From positions 7,921 through 71,920 of IMG/VR virus record IMGVR_UViG_3300050011_000061: 64,000 nucleotides of DNA. One strand, 5' to 3'. Positions 27,785 to 35,899 of this stretch are shown piece after piece. Position 1 is the stretch's first letter, and the number at the start of each line of letters is the position of its first letter. The notes below the pieces were generated by a model. The model saw only the letters and a list, made by a program, of their open reading frames with translations, made no database searches and was not told the DNA's origin. The stretch comes from a virus (lineage: Duplodnaviria > Caudoviricetes). A program made the position numbers and the translations under genes.

Positions 27785-27825
27785 TTTTCTGCTATAAAGG
27801 GTTTAGGGATGAAGGTACACAGGAG
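27781..27825 (+). promoter_or_regulatory. Candidate promoter plus CACAGGAG leader
   Basis: TTGATT-N17-TAGGGA, then CACAGGAGG. Confidence 0.45.
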
Positions 27826-27830
27826 GCTTA

Positions 27831-28007
27831 ATGATGTTCACAGACCAACAAGTATTAACCGCCCTCCGCGCGTGGTGGAACCTAGAACCAGGCGAACCAA
27901 TGCCGTGGGAGACAGGCCGCGACATAACCAGCTTTCAAGAATCGTCAATGCGCGACATGCGGGCCGCGCTTGAAGCCGTGGCCAAAACCACAGGAGCCAC
28001 CTCATGA
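27831..28007 (+). CDS. Small hypothetical protein (58 aa)
   Basis: Read manually: MMFTDQQVLTALRAWW...MRAALEAVAK; strong SD; ATGA overlap. Confidence 0.6.
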   Translation: MMFTDQQVLTALRAWWNLEPGEPMPWETGRDITSFQESSMRDMRAALEAVAKTTGATS

Positions 28008-28204
28008 ACATCTTCCACTTCCGCTGCTTGAACGGCGATATCATTACCGTCGAGGCGGCCGACGAACGAGCCGCCCGATCGTGGGCTATGGAACGGCGCT
28101 GGGGGCCGCCGCAGCTTAACCAGACTTGGGCCTGTGCCGAATGGCAGGGGCTTGGGCTGCGGCTGGTGGACGAGCAGGGCATGCCAATACTAGAGGCAAT
28201 GTGA
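28004..28204 (+). CDS. Small hypothetical protein
   Basis: CACAGGAG SD; coupled ORF. Confidence 0.6.
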   Translation: MNIFHFRCLNGDIITVEAADERAARSWAMERRWGPPQLNQTWACAEWQGLGLRLVDEQGMPILEAM

Positions 28205-28307
28205 TGACAGTTATGCAAGCATTCTTACTTGGCATAATGGTGGTGCTAACACCGTCATTGATCTGCGTGGCGTGGCTGTTTTTGACGGCAGCGGCATCGG
28301 ACAATTT

Positions 28308-28472
28308 ATGACCGACTTCAGCCTCAACGAGTATATGCACCTTAAGACCTTCGAGGAGCGCAAGGCGTATTGCCTGGCGCATCAAAATAAACACCAACCG
28401 TTGCCAGTTGACGACCTAGACTGGGACTACGAAAAGCAGAACAGCTACACCAATGCCGAGTTGGGGGAGTGA
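28308..28472 (+). CDS. Small hypothetical protein
   Basis: MTDFSLNEY...; ATGA overlap with an upstream small TM ORF. Confidence 0.5.
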   Translation: MTDFSLNEYMHLKTFEERKAYCLAHQNKHQPLPVDDLDWDYEKQNSYTNAELGE

Positions 28473-28473
28473 A

Positions 28474-28659
28474 ATGAAGATTATCTATTCTGACAATATC
28501 CCAACCGATATGTCTAGCGAGAGCCTATGGCTCGATGACGTTCCGGCGGATGTTGGCAAGCGTATCTGCGAAAAGCTGAACGAACGCCTTGGTGATTATC
28601 AGGGGCCATACTACCGCGTAGTGGACGACACCCACAAACTGTACGTTTGGAAACCATGA
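28474..28659 (+). CDS. Small hypothetical protein
   Basis: MKIIYSDN...YYRVVDD...LYVWKP; GGGGAG SD. Confidence 0.6.
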   Translation: MKIIYSDNIPTDMSSESLWLDDVPADVGKRICEKLNERLGDYQGPYYRVVDDTHKLYVWKP

Positions 28660-28892
28660 CCATGCTAGGCTCCAACCCAGATGCTGCCGAGGTCCACCGC
28701 TGGCGTTACGAGCGTGCCTGCCGGGAATACGCGGCAGGCGGCAGCGAAGCGGTCTTGAAAGCTAGCCTCAAGTGCGCCGGCTACTACGGCACGCGGTTAG
28801 CCGAAGAGCTGCGGTATCAGGTGGGATTGCGGGAGGGTGGGACGAAGAAAGTTGTGAGGTTCACCAGCGGTTTGGCCGCGAGGAGTTGGTGA
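28656..28892 (+). CDS. Small hypothetical protein
   Basis: ATGA-coupled ORF. Confidence 0.55.
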   Translation: MTMLGSNPDAAEVHRWRYERACREYAAGGSEAVLKASLKCAGYYGTRLAEELRYQVGLREGGTKKVVRFTSGLAARSW

Positions 28893-28893
28893 G

Positions 28894-29046
28894 ATGATTG
28901 CACGGCCAATATGTCCTAGGTGCGGAAGCGCTATGAAGACGTCTAAACAAGTCAATAAGAATAACGGGTATGCCAGAACTCGTTTTAGGTGCAAGCGCAG
29001 CTCATGTCATTACGCCACAACCAATAAAACTAAGGTGCTGAGATAA
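28894..29046 (+). CDS. Zinc-ribbon microprotein (50 aa)
   Basis: Read manually: MIARPICPRCGSAM...RFRCKRSSCHY...; AGGAG SD; TAATG coupling to the radical SAM gene. Confidence 0.6.
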   Translation: MIARPICPRCGSAMKTSKQVNKNNGYARTRFRCKRSSCHYATTNKTKVLR

Positions 29047-30566
29047 TGATCGACGTAGTCCTGATCCACCCCAACGGCGTCCACGGCATCTACGGCCAGC
29101 TCGGCGACACGCTTGTCAGCCGTGAGCAGCCGTTGTGGCCCCGTCTTATTGCAGGCTACCTGCTCGACCACGGCGTCGACGTCAAGATCATCGACGCCGA
29201 GTGCGAGGGGTTGAGCCCGAAGCGGGTTGCCGATTTAGTGGCCGGTTACGCACCCAAGCTGGCTTGCATTGTGGTGTCGGGCCATCAGCCCAGTGCTTCA
29301 ACGCAGGCCATGCCGGGGGCGAGGGAGGTGGCGTCCGCCATTCTGTCTTTAAACGCGCCTCATCCATTTATTCCTGAACGACCCATGGTCATTATGATGG
29401 GCAATCATCCGTCGGCGCTGCCCGTCCAGACCATACTCGAGGAGCCGGTCGACTATGTGATTGATGGTGAAGGACCGCTGACCATCATGGGGCTGTTGAA
29501 CGGCGACCCAGTGGACAAGATACCTGGACTGGTATGGTGCAGTACAGAAGCTCTAGAAGCTGGTCGTGCCAAAACCCTGGATGATGTTGTTAAGCAAAAC
29601 CCCCGCGCCCCGCTGCTCGACATCAACAAGGACCTGCATGGCCGCGCCTGGCACCTGCTGCCGGCGCCGTCAAAGTACCGCTCGCATAACTGGCAGCGGT
29701 TCGACGACCAATCAAAGCGGAGCCCCTACGCAGCCATCTGCACCTCACTTGGGTGCGCGTTCACTTGTAGTTTCTGTATGATCAACGTCTTCCAGCACAC
29801 CAATCGCTACCGCATGCGCGACCCGCAGGCGGTGGTCGACGAGATGGTGATGCTCAACCGCGACCACGGTGTCGAAACCTTCAAGTTCGTCGATGAACTG
29901 TTCGTCTTGAACCGCCGCCACACCATGGCGATCTGCGATCGGCTGATCCTGTTAGGGCTGGGCGCCAAGATCAACTCGTGGTGCTACTGCCGTCCTGACT
30001 ACAAGTTTGAAAACGGTGAGCTCGAGATGTTCCGCGCCGCTGGCTTCAAGTGGTTCGCCTTGGGCATCGAGTCCGGCAGCGCCGAAGTACGCGACGGTGC
30101 CGATAAGAGCATGTCGTCCGAGCAGATCAAGGCGGTGGTCCATAAAATCGAGGCGGCCGGCATCCACATCGGCGCTAATTACATTTTTGGCTTGCCGGGC
30201 GAGACGCATCATACCATGGAGGCAACCCTTGCGCTGGCCCAAGAACTCAACACCGCGTGGGCGAACTTCTACCCAACGCAAGCCTTCCCCGGATCGCAGC
30301 TATACGACGACGCGGTTGCCGCCGGCTGGAAGCCGCCGCCGTGGGAGGCCTTCAGCATGCACAATGAGCACACCATCCCTTACGTCACCGGAGACTTATC
30401 GCCCGCCGTCGTTCTCCGCGCTCGCGATCAGGCGTTCCAAGCGTACTTTTCTAGCCCCCGCTACCTTGATTCAATTGCTCAGCGGTTTGGGCAAGGGGCG
30501 CGGGTCCACGTCAGAGCAATGACGTCGTATAAGTTGAAGAGAAATTTGTTGGAGGGAGGGAGATGA
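29046..30566 (+). CDS. Cobalamin-binding radical SAM enzyme (class B methyltransferase-like)
   Basis: CAFTCSFC motif; N-terminal B12-binding-like region (GNHPSALP, DYVIDGEG); GIESG, YIFGLPGET. Confidence 0.9.
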   Translation: MIDVVLIHPNGVHGIYGQLGDTLVSREQPLWPRLIAGYLLDHGVDVKIIDAECEGLSPKRVADLVAGYAPKLACIVVSGHQPSASTQAMPGAREVASAILSLNAPHPFIPERPMVIMMGNHPSALPVQTILEEPVDYVIDGEGPLTIMGLLNGDPVDKIPGLVWCSTEALEAGRAKTLDDVVKQNPRAPLLDINKDLHGRAWHLLPAPSKYRSHNWQRFDDQSKRSPYAAICTSLGCAFTCSFCMINVFQHTNRYRMRDPQAVVDEMVMLNRDHGVETFKFVDELFVLNRRHTMAICDRLILLGLGAKINSWCYCRPDYKFENGELEMFRAAGFKWFALGIESGSAEVRDGADKSMSSEQIKAVVHKIEAAGIHIGANYIFGLPGETHHTMEATLALAQELNTAWANFYPTQAFPGSQLYDDAVAAGWKPPPWEAFSMHNEHTIPYVTGDLSPAVVLRARDQAFQAYFSSPRYLDSIAQRFGQGARVHVRAMTSYKLKRNLLEGGR

Positions 30567-30745
30567 TCTTTCGGTTGCAAGGTTTCTTAGGTCTGCTGAC
30601 GCTATTATTCATCGGTATGAAGCTGGCGCATCACATCGACTGGTCGTGGTGGTACGTGCTGGCCCCGGCTTGGGTGTTGCCGTTTATTGTCTTGGTCGCA
30701 TTTGGTGTTTTGTACGCAGTTGCCGGAGCTAGTGGAAAGTCATGA
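30563..30745 (+). CDS. Small membrane protein (IDWSWWYVLAP family)
   Basis: LLFIGMKL...IDWSWWYVLAP.W motif, common in phages; ATGA overlaps on both sides. Confidence 0.7.
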   Translation: MIFRLQGFLGLLTLLFIGMKLAHHIDWSWWYVLAPAWVLPFIVLVAFGVLYAVAGASGKS

Positions 30746-32580
30746 TCAAACTCGCCGACTACGTCGTCAACACGCTTGCCGCCCACGGCATCGACCGAGC
30801 CTTCCTGGTGTACGGCTCGGCCAACGGCGACTTGGTCGACGCCTTCACGCGCACCAACGCCATCAGCTACGTCGCCACCATGACCGAGCAGGCCGCGGGC
30901 TTTGCCGCCGAGGGCTACGCCAAGGTCAAGGGTGTGCCGGGGTTGGCCATGGCTACCTCCGGCCCCGGCGGTATGAACTTGGTCACCTGCGCCGGCAATG
31001 CGTTTTATGATTCCGTTCCCGTCATCTTCATCACTGGGCAGATCAAGACGCGTTTCCTGCGGCCCGACCCTTCCTTAAGGCAGATAGGTTTTCAAGAAGC
31101 CGACATGGTGGCGCTGTTTACGCCCGTGACCAAGTCCGCCGTCATGGTGGCCAACCCCAACCGCATCCGCTACGAGCTTGAGAAGGCGCTATTCTTGTGC
31201 AGTCACGGCCGCCCCGGACCTGTTTTATTGGATCTGCCGATTGACGTTCAGCAAGCCATGATCGACCCAGATGCGCTGGAAGGCTTCGACCTGCGCGCCG
31301 CTGAGAACCGCGAGCTGCTCAATGCCTCCGTGTCGCTGGCCGAAGTCGATCGCGACGTCGCCGACTTCGTGATCGACCTCGAGCAGAGCGAGCGGCCGGT
31401 GCTGCTAATCGGCGGCGGCGTTCGTTCGGCGGGGGCGGTCGACCGTTTCCGCGAGGTGGCCGCACTGCTTCAGATCCCGTGCTACCCCACTTGGAACGCG
31501 CTCGACGTCGTTACTTCCGACCTGCCGTGGTACGGCGGCCGCATTGGTACCTACGGCGGCGCCGGCCGCAACTTCGGCCTCCAAAATTCAGATCTTTTAT
31601 TAGCGGTCGGCTCGCGCATATCAGGGAGGATAACAGGCGGGGCACCGGAGACCTGGGCGCGAGGCGCTAAGAAGTACCTAGTCGACATCGACTCGGCGTT
31701 GACGAGGCGCGAGCTGCAACAGGTGCCGTTTGACGTAAGTACGCGGGCCGACGTGCGGCTATACCTAGCGCGGTTGTCGTGTGCGTTGGAGGGCTACCGG
31801 CCGCGCCACGCCGACTGGCTCGATAAGTGCCTCGGTTGGCGCAGGCAGTACCCGGCGCGGCCAGCCAAGAAGGTAAGGGCTGGCTGCGACTTCTATACCT
31901 TCGTCGAAACGCTATCCGAAAAGTGCGGTCCAGAAACAATTCTGGTCGGCGACTGCGGCGGCAACATTGTGGTGCTGTCGCATGCCTTCGAGACCAAGCG
32001 CGGCCAGCGCTTCATTACCAACAATGGCAACAGCCCGATGGGCTTCTCGTTTGCCGGCGCACTGGGAGCCTGGTTCGCCGACCCGACCAAGACTATCATC
32101 TGCGTCATCGGCGATGGCGGCTTTAATATGAACCTCCAGGAGATCCAGACGCTGATCAATTACGGCGCGGTGGTCAAGACCATCATCCTTGATAATCGCA
32201 TCTACGGCATCACCAAGGCGTTCCAGGAGACTAACTTCGAGGGTCGCGCCGAGGCCTGCGGGCCGAAGGGCTATAACCCGCCGGACTTCGAGAAGATCGC
32301 CAAGGCATACGGCATGGATGTGATCCGCATCGGCGGGCAGCACTCGGGTGCGTTGAAAGATATGGGCGCGGCGATCAACGTCCTGCTAGCGCATCCCAAG
32401 TCGATGATCTGCATCGTCGAGTGCTGGGACTACCACACCTACGAGCCGAGAATCGTCGGTTGGAAGACGCCGCTAGAGGACATGTACCCGTATTTGCCGC
32501 GCGCCGAGTTTCGCAAGAACATGACCATCGAGCCGGTCGAAGGTTGGTTAGAGCCGACCATGCCAAATGTGGTGGGGTAG
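30742..32580 (+). CDS. Thiamine-diphosphate enzyme, acetolactate-synthase-like (YerE-type candidate)
   Basis: EQAAGFAAEGY, TSGPG, GFQE.D, GRPGPV.LDLP.D, GDGG...N ThDP motif. Confidence 0.9.
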   Translation: MIKLADYVVNTLAAHGIDRAFLVYGSANGDLVDAFTRTNAISYVATMTEQAAGFAAEGYAKVKGVPGLAMATSGPGGMNLVTCAGNAFYDSVPVIFITGQIKTRFLRPDPSLRQIGFQEADMVALFTPVTKSAVMVANPNRIRYELEKALFLCSHGRPGPVLLDLPIDVQQAMIDPDALEGFDLRAAENRELLNASVSLAEVDRDVADFVIDLEQSERPVLLIGGGVRSAGAVDRFREVAALLQIPCYPTWNALDVVTSDLPWYGGRIGTYGGAGRNFGLQNSDLLLAVGSRISGRITGGAPETWARGAKKYLVDIDSALTRRELQQVPFDVSTRADVRLYLARLSCALEGYRPRHADWLDKCLGWRRQYPARPAKKVRAGCDFYTFVETLSEKCGPETILVGDCGGNIVVLSHAFETKRGQRFITNNGNSPMGFSFAGALGAWFADPTKTIICVIGDGGFNMNLQEIQTLINYGAVVKTIILDNRIYGITKAFQETNFEGRAEACGPKGYNPPDFEKIAKAYGMDVIRIGGQHSGALKDMGAAINVLLAHPKSMICIVECWDYHTYEPRIVGWKTPLEDMYPYLPRAEFRKNMTIEPVEGWLEPTMPNVVG

Positions 32581-32589
32581 GAGGTCTCC

Positions 32590-32967
32590 ATGAGCGTCTA
32601 CCTAAGAAATCTTCTGATCATCGCGGTGACAGTCTTGGTCGCCTTGACGGGCATGTTCCTGACGGCAGGTCCCGTGGTTCCCGTGACGGCACAAGTCTCT
32701 GCAATGTCGCAAGGCGAAAGATTTTTGATATCGCAGAAGTTTGAGAGAGAACTTCAAACGTGCCTACTAACTCAAGGCCGAAGCGGCTCTTATTCCTCGC
32801 ATGACGAGGATCTCGAATCCACTTTCATGTTGTTTGCCAGCGCCTGCCGGCCAGCGTGGAAGGTGTGGTGCTGGGACCACCCGGAGTGGCCCGAGACCGG
32901 ACGGGATAGCTGCATGATACGCGCAGCGTTCATGGCCCAAGATGCGCTTAGGCAAGTAGGGAAGTAA
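32590..32967 (+). CDS. Membrane-anchored/exported Cys-containing protein
   Basis: Hydrophobic N-terminus; GGAGG SD. Confidence 0.65.
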   Translation: MSVYLRNLLIIAVTVLVALTGMFLTAGPVVPVTAQVSAMSQGERFLISQKFERELQTCLLTQGRSGSYSSHDEDLESTFMLFASACRPAWKVWCWDHPEWPETGRDSCMIRAAFMAQDALRQVGK

Positions 32968-32968
32968 A

Positions 32969-34099
32969 ATGACCGCTTACAAATATCCCACGGCATTCAA
33001 GCACTGGTCGCATGAGGAGTACGACGCCATCAAACGCGTCGTGGCCTCCGACTGGCTGACCATGGGGTCGGAGACCGAGGCATTCGAGATCGAGCTGGCC
33101 GCCTACAACCAACGTAAGCACGCTATCTGCTGCAACTCGGGGTCGAGTGCCAACCTGCTGGCGGTGGCTGCGATGTATCTTGTCGGCAACGGTGGTTGGC
33201 GTCCGTACTCTTGCCTAGTGCCGGCGCTGGCGTGGGCGACTACTTACGCGCCGTTGGTACAGCATAACATCGACATGCAATTGCTCGACTGTGACGACAC
33301 CTGGAACGCCTGCAATTCTAATCTCTCGGCCACGGTGGAACCATACAACTTGTACGTCGCCTGTTCGATACTGGGAAACCCGTCGCAAAAACTGATCGAC
33401 GCCGACAATGGTTTAGAGCGGGAAAAGTTTTTCTTCCTCAACGACAATTGCGAAGCTTTCGGCGCCGAAATCGACGGCCGCCCCACCGGCGCCTACGGCG
33501 ACATGGCCACGCTTTCCTTCTTCCACTCACATCAACTCTCGGCAATAGAGGGCGGCTGCGTACTGACCGACGACGACGAGCTGGCGCGGCTGTGCCGCAT
33601 CCTGCGCGACCACGGTGCTACACGGTCGGTTGAGAAAGCTAAGAAATTCGAAGACGAATATAATTTCGTTCTTTTTGGCTACAACCTTCGCCCAGCCGAG
33701 ATCAACATGGCGGTTGGCCGCGAACAGCTAAAGAAGATGGCGCTGTTCCGCACCGCGCGGCGACAGAACTGGTACCAGTTCAAGAAGCTGACCGAGGGGC
33801 TGCCGATAACAATGCCGCGGGAGAACGGGTTGATAAATCCGTTCGGGATACACTGGACCATGAACAACGAGAAGCAACGCGCCCCCTTGGTCCAGGCGTT
33901 CCGGGCCGCTGGCGTCGACTGCCGGCTACCCACCGGGGGCAGCTTTCATTTGCACGAGTACGGCAAGCCCTGGGCCGACCAGCTAACACCAAACGCCGAC
34001 CGCATCCACCGCGCTGGCTTGTTCATTGGAAATGCGCCCTACCCCATCCCTGAGCTAATCGAACTGGCGGTCGGCGTCATTGAGGAGGTACTGGAATGA
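32969..34099 (+). CDS. DegT/DnrJ-fold PLP enzyme, ColD-like NDP-4-keto-6-deoxysugar 3-dehydratase
   Basis: NSGSSANLLA, DNCE..G, SFFHSHQLSAIEGG (His at the Schiff-base Lys position), GYNLRP. Confidence 0.85.
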   Translation: MTAYKYPTAFKHWSHEEYDAIKRVVASDWLTMGSETEAFEIELAAYNQRKHAICCNSGSSANLLAVAAMYLVGNGGWRPYSCLVPALAWATTYAPLVQHNIDMQLLDCDDTWNACNSNLSATVEPYNLYVACSILGNPSQKLIDADNGLEREKFFFLNDNCEAFGAEIDGRPTGAYGDMATLSFFHSHQLSAIEGGCVLTDDDELARLCRILRDHGATRSVEKAKKFEDEYNFVLFGYNLRPAEINMAVGREQLKKMALFRTARRQNWYQFKKLTEGLPITMPRENGLINPFGIHWTMNNEKQRAPLVQAFRAAGVDCRLPTGGSFHLHEYGKPWADQLTPNADRIHRAGLFIGNAPYPIPELIELAVGVIEEVLE

Positions 34100-34305
34100 T
34101 TGAATTTTGGTGTATTACAGAAACTAAAACCAACTATATTGGAGTAGCGTCTAGCCTTGAAGGCGTAATGTACATTTTTGCTAATGCAGATCCGGCTATG
34201 GTTCAATTGGTTTTGTGCGTTGACGTTCCAAGATGTATGTACGTTTCGTCTGTATATGAAGCACAGCAGTTTTTTAAGAATCAACAGCTGGAAGGTGGGT
34301 CATGA
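34096..34305 (+). CDS. Small hypothetical protein (low GC)
   Basis: ATGA overlaps on both sides. Confidence 0.55.
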   Translation: MIEFWCITETKTNYIGVASSLEGVMYIFANADPAMVQLVLCVDVPRCMYVSSVYEAQQFFKNQQLEGGS

Positions 34306-34424
34306 AAAACGCAGAGCGACTTATCTACTTCGTCAACCACTGCGTGGTGATCGTTGTTATGCTTGCGGTGGCTACCCTGGTCTTCGGCTTTCACATTGGC
34401 CATGTCGGATGGTGGTTCAGATGA
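34302..34424 (+). CDS. Small membrane protein (40 aa)
   Basis: Read manually: MKNAERLIYFVNHCVVIVVMLAVATLVFGFHIGHVGWWFR; ATGA overlaps. Confidence 0.5.
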   Translation: MKNAERLIYFVNHCVVIVVMLAVATLVFGFHIGHVGWWFR

Positions 34425-34621
34425 GCCCATTTCACATTCACAAGTACGAGACGATGCTAGAGATGGACGACTTCCATCTGACGTGCCGCTGCGGCGACGA
34501 GTGCTCGTCCATAGCAGCCGCTCTTGGTATGACCGAGAGGTCCAAGGAGATGGTGGCCAACCGCATCGCCTGGCTGGCATTAGCGATGACTGCCATCGGG
34601 CTGGTATGGGTGGTGGCATGA
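34421..34621 (+). CDS. Small membrane protein
   Basis: MSPFHIHKY...CRCG...C-terminal TM helix; ATGA overlap with the epimerase. Confidence 0.55.
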   Translation: MSPFHIHKYETMLEMDDFHLTCRCGDECSSIAAALGMTERSKEMVANRIAWLALAMTAIGLVWVVA

Positions 34622-35550
34622 ATATATTAGTGATCGGCGGCGCCGGCTATATTGGCAGCATCCTAGTCGAGCACCTGCTCGGCCAGGGCTGCCACAAGGT
34701 TGTTGTGCTAGATAATTTTATGTACGGGCAAAATTCGTTAGCTCACCTGTGCCACAACCCCAATCTGGAGATTGTACGGGGAGATGCAAGATCGGAAGAC
34801 ACTCTGATGCCGCTAGTTCTTCGCGCTGACGCCGTGATTCCGCTGGCTGCCATCGTAGGTGCGCCGGCCTGCGATGCTGACTATGCGGCGGCTTATTCGA
34901 CAAATTACGGCGCCGTCAGAACGTTGTGCAATTTGATGGGAGACTCTCAACTCCTCGTCATTCCAGTAACGAACAGTGGTTACGGCGTCGGCACCGACGG
35001 CGAGTGTACCGAAGAGTCGCCGCTCAGTCCCATCAGCCTCTACGGCCGCCTCAAGGTGCAGGCTGAAAAGGTCGCCATGTTCCGCGCCAACTCCATCTCC
35101 CTTCGTCTCGCCACCGTATTCGGCATGTCGCCGAGAATAAGGTTGGATCTCCTTGTTAATGACTTCGTCTACCGCGCCGTGCGCGACCGCTTTATCGTGC
35201 TGTTTGAGGAGCATTTCCGGCGCAACTACGTCCACGTCCGCGACGTGGCGGACGCCTTCACGCACGCATTGACTAAGTTCGACGTCATGAGGGGCCAGGT
35301 CTACAACGTCGGCCTCAGCTCGGCCAACATTAGCAAGCGCGAGCTGGTCGTCAAGATAAAGCAGCACGTGCCGGGTTTGTTCTTTGTCGGCGCCGACGTG
35401 GGGGAAGACCCGGACAAGCGCGACTACGTGGTCAGCAACGCCAAGATTGAGGCTACCGGCTGGCGAGCAACGCGGTCGCTGGATCAGGGGATTGAGGAGC
35501 TGGTCAAGGGGTATCAGATGCTACGAGATGGAAAATACAGGAACGCATAG
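34618..35550 (+). CDS. NAD-dependent epimerase/dehydratase/reductase (extended SDR)
   Basis: True start MNILVIGGAGYIG at 34618; YGRLK catalytic motif; RLATVFG, RNYVHVRD. Confidence 0.9.
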   Translation: MNILVIGGAGYIGSILVEHLLGQGCHKVVVLDNFMYGQNSLAHLCHNPNLEIVRGDARSEDTLMPLVLRADAVIPLAAIVGAPACDADYAAAYSTNYGAVRTLCNLMGDSQLLVIPVTNSGYGVGTDGECTEESPLSPISLYGRLKVQAEKVAMFRANSISLRLATVFGMSPRIRLDLLVNDFVYRAVRDRFIVLFEEHFRRNYVHVRDVADAFTHALTKFDVMRGQVYNVGLSSANISKRELVVKIKQHVPGLFFVGADVGEDPDKRDYVVSNAKIEATGWRATRSLDQGIEELVKGYQMLRDGKYRNA

Positions 35551-35560
35551 GAGAACGAAA

Positions 35561-35899
35561 ATGGTATTTCACGTTGGGCAGAAGGTGGTGTGTGTGGATG
35601 CGGATGATACCTCAGCGCATGGGCGCAAGGAACTTAGCGAGGGATCGGTTTACACCGTGAGATGGGTTGGACAGAATGACAGAAAGCACCCTGCGCGGCC
35701 AGAATTAAGCAACACGGTTGGCGTGCGTCTTATTGAAATCCCAATCCGATCGCATGGCGATAATCCATTTAGCGCGCTGCGCTTCCGCCCTCTTGTCTCC
35801 AAATCCACCGAAACCGGCATGGCAATCCTGCGCGAAATTCTTGATCGCGAGAACGTCGACGACAAAGTCTCTGACGTCATTGAGATTGTATTTAAATGA
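35561..35899 (+). CDS. Phage hypothetical protein (F.VGQKVVCVD family)
   Basis: MVFHVGQKVVCVD...G.VYTVR...RFRPLV; AGGAG SD. Confidence 0.7.
   Translation: MVFHVGQKVVCVDADDTSAHGRKELSEGSVYTVRWVGQNDRKHPARPELSNTVGVRLIEIPIRSHGDNPFSALRFRPLVSKSTETGMAILREILDRENVDDKVSDVIEIVFK

Noticed and set aside
30742-32580. ilvB acetolactate synthase as an amino-acid auxiliary metabolic gene
   Set aside because: No ilvH/ilvC is present and the neighbours are nucleotide-sugar enzymes, so a sugar-branching role fits better.
34354-34617. N-terminal extension of the SDR ORF (similarly the extensions of 46698-47594, 24064-24801 and 47336-47782)
   Set aside because: The extensions overlap other coupled genes; family motifs start at downstream start codons with SD or stop-start overlaps.
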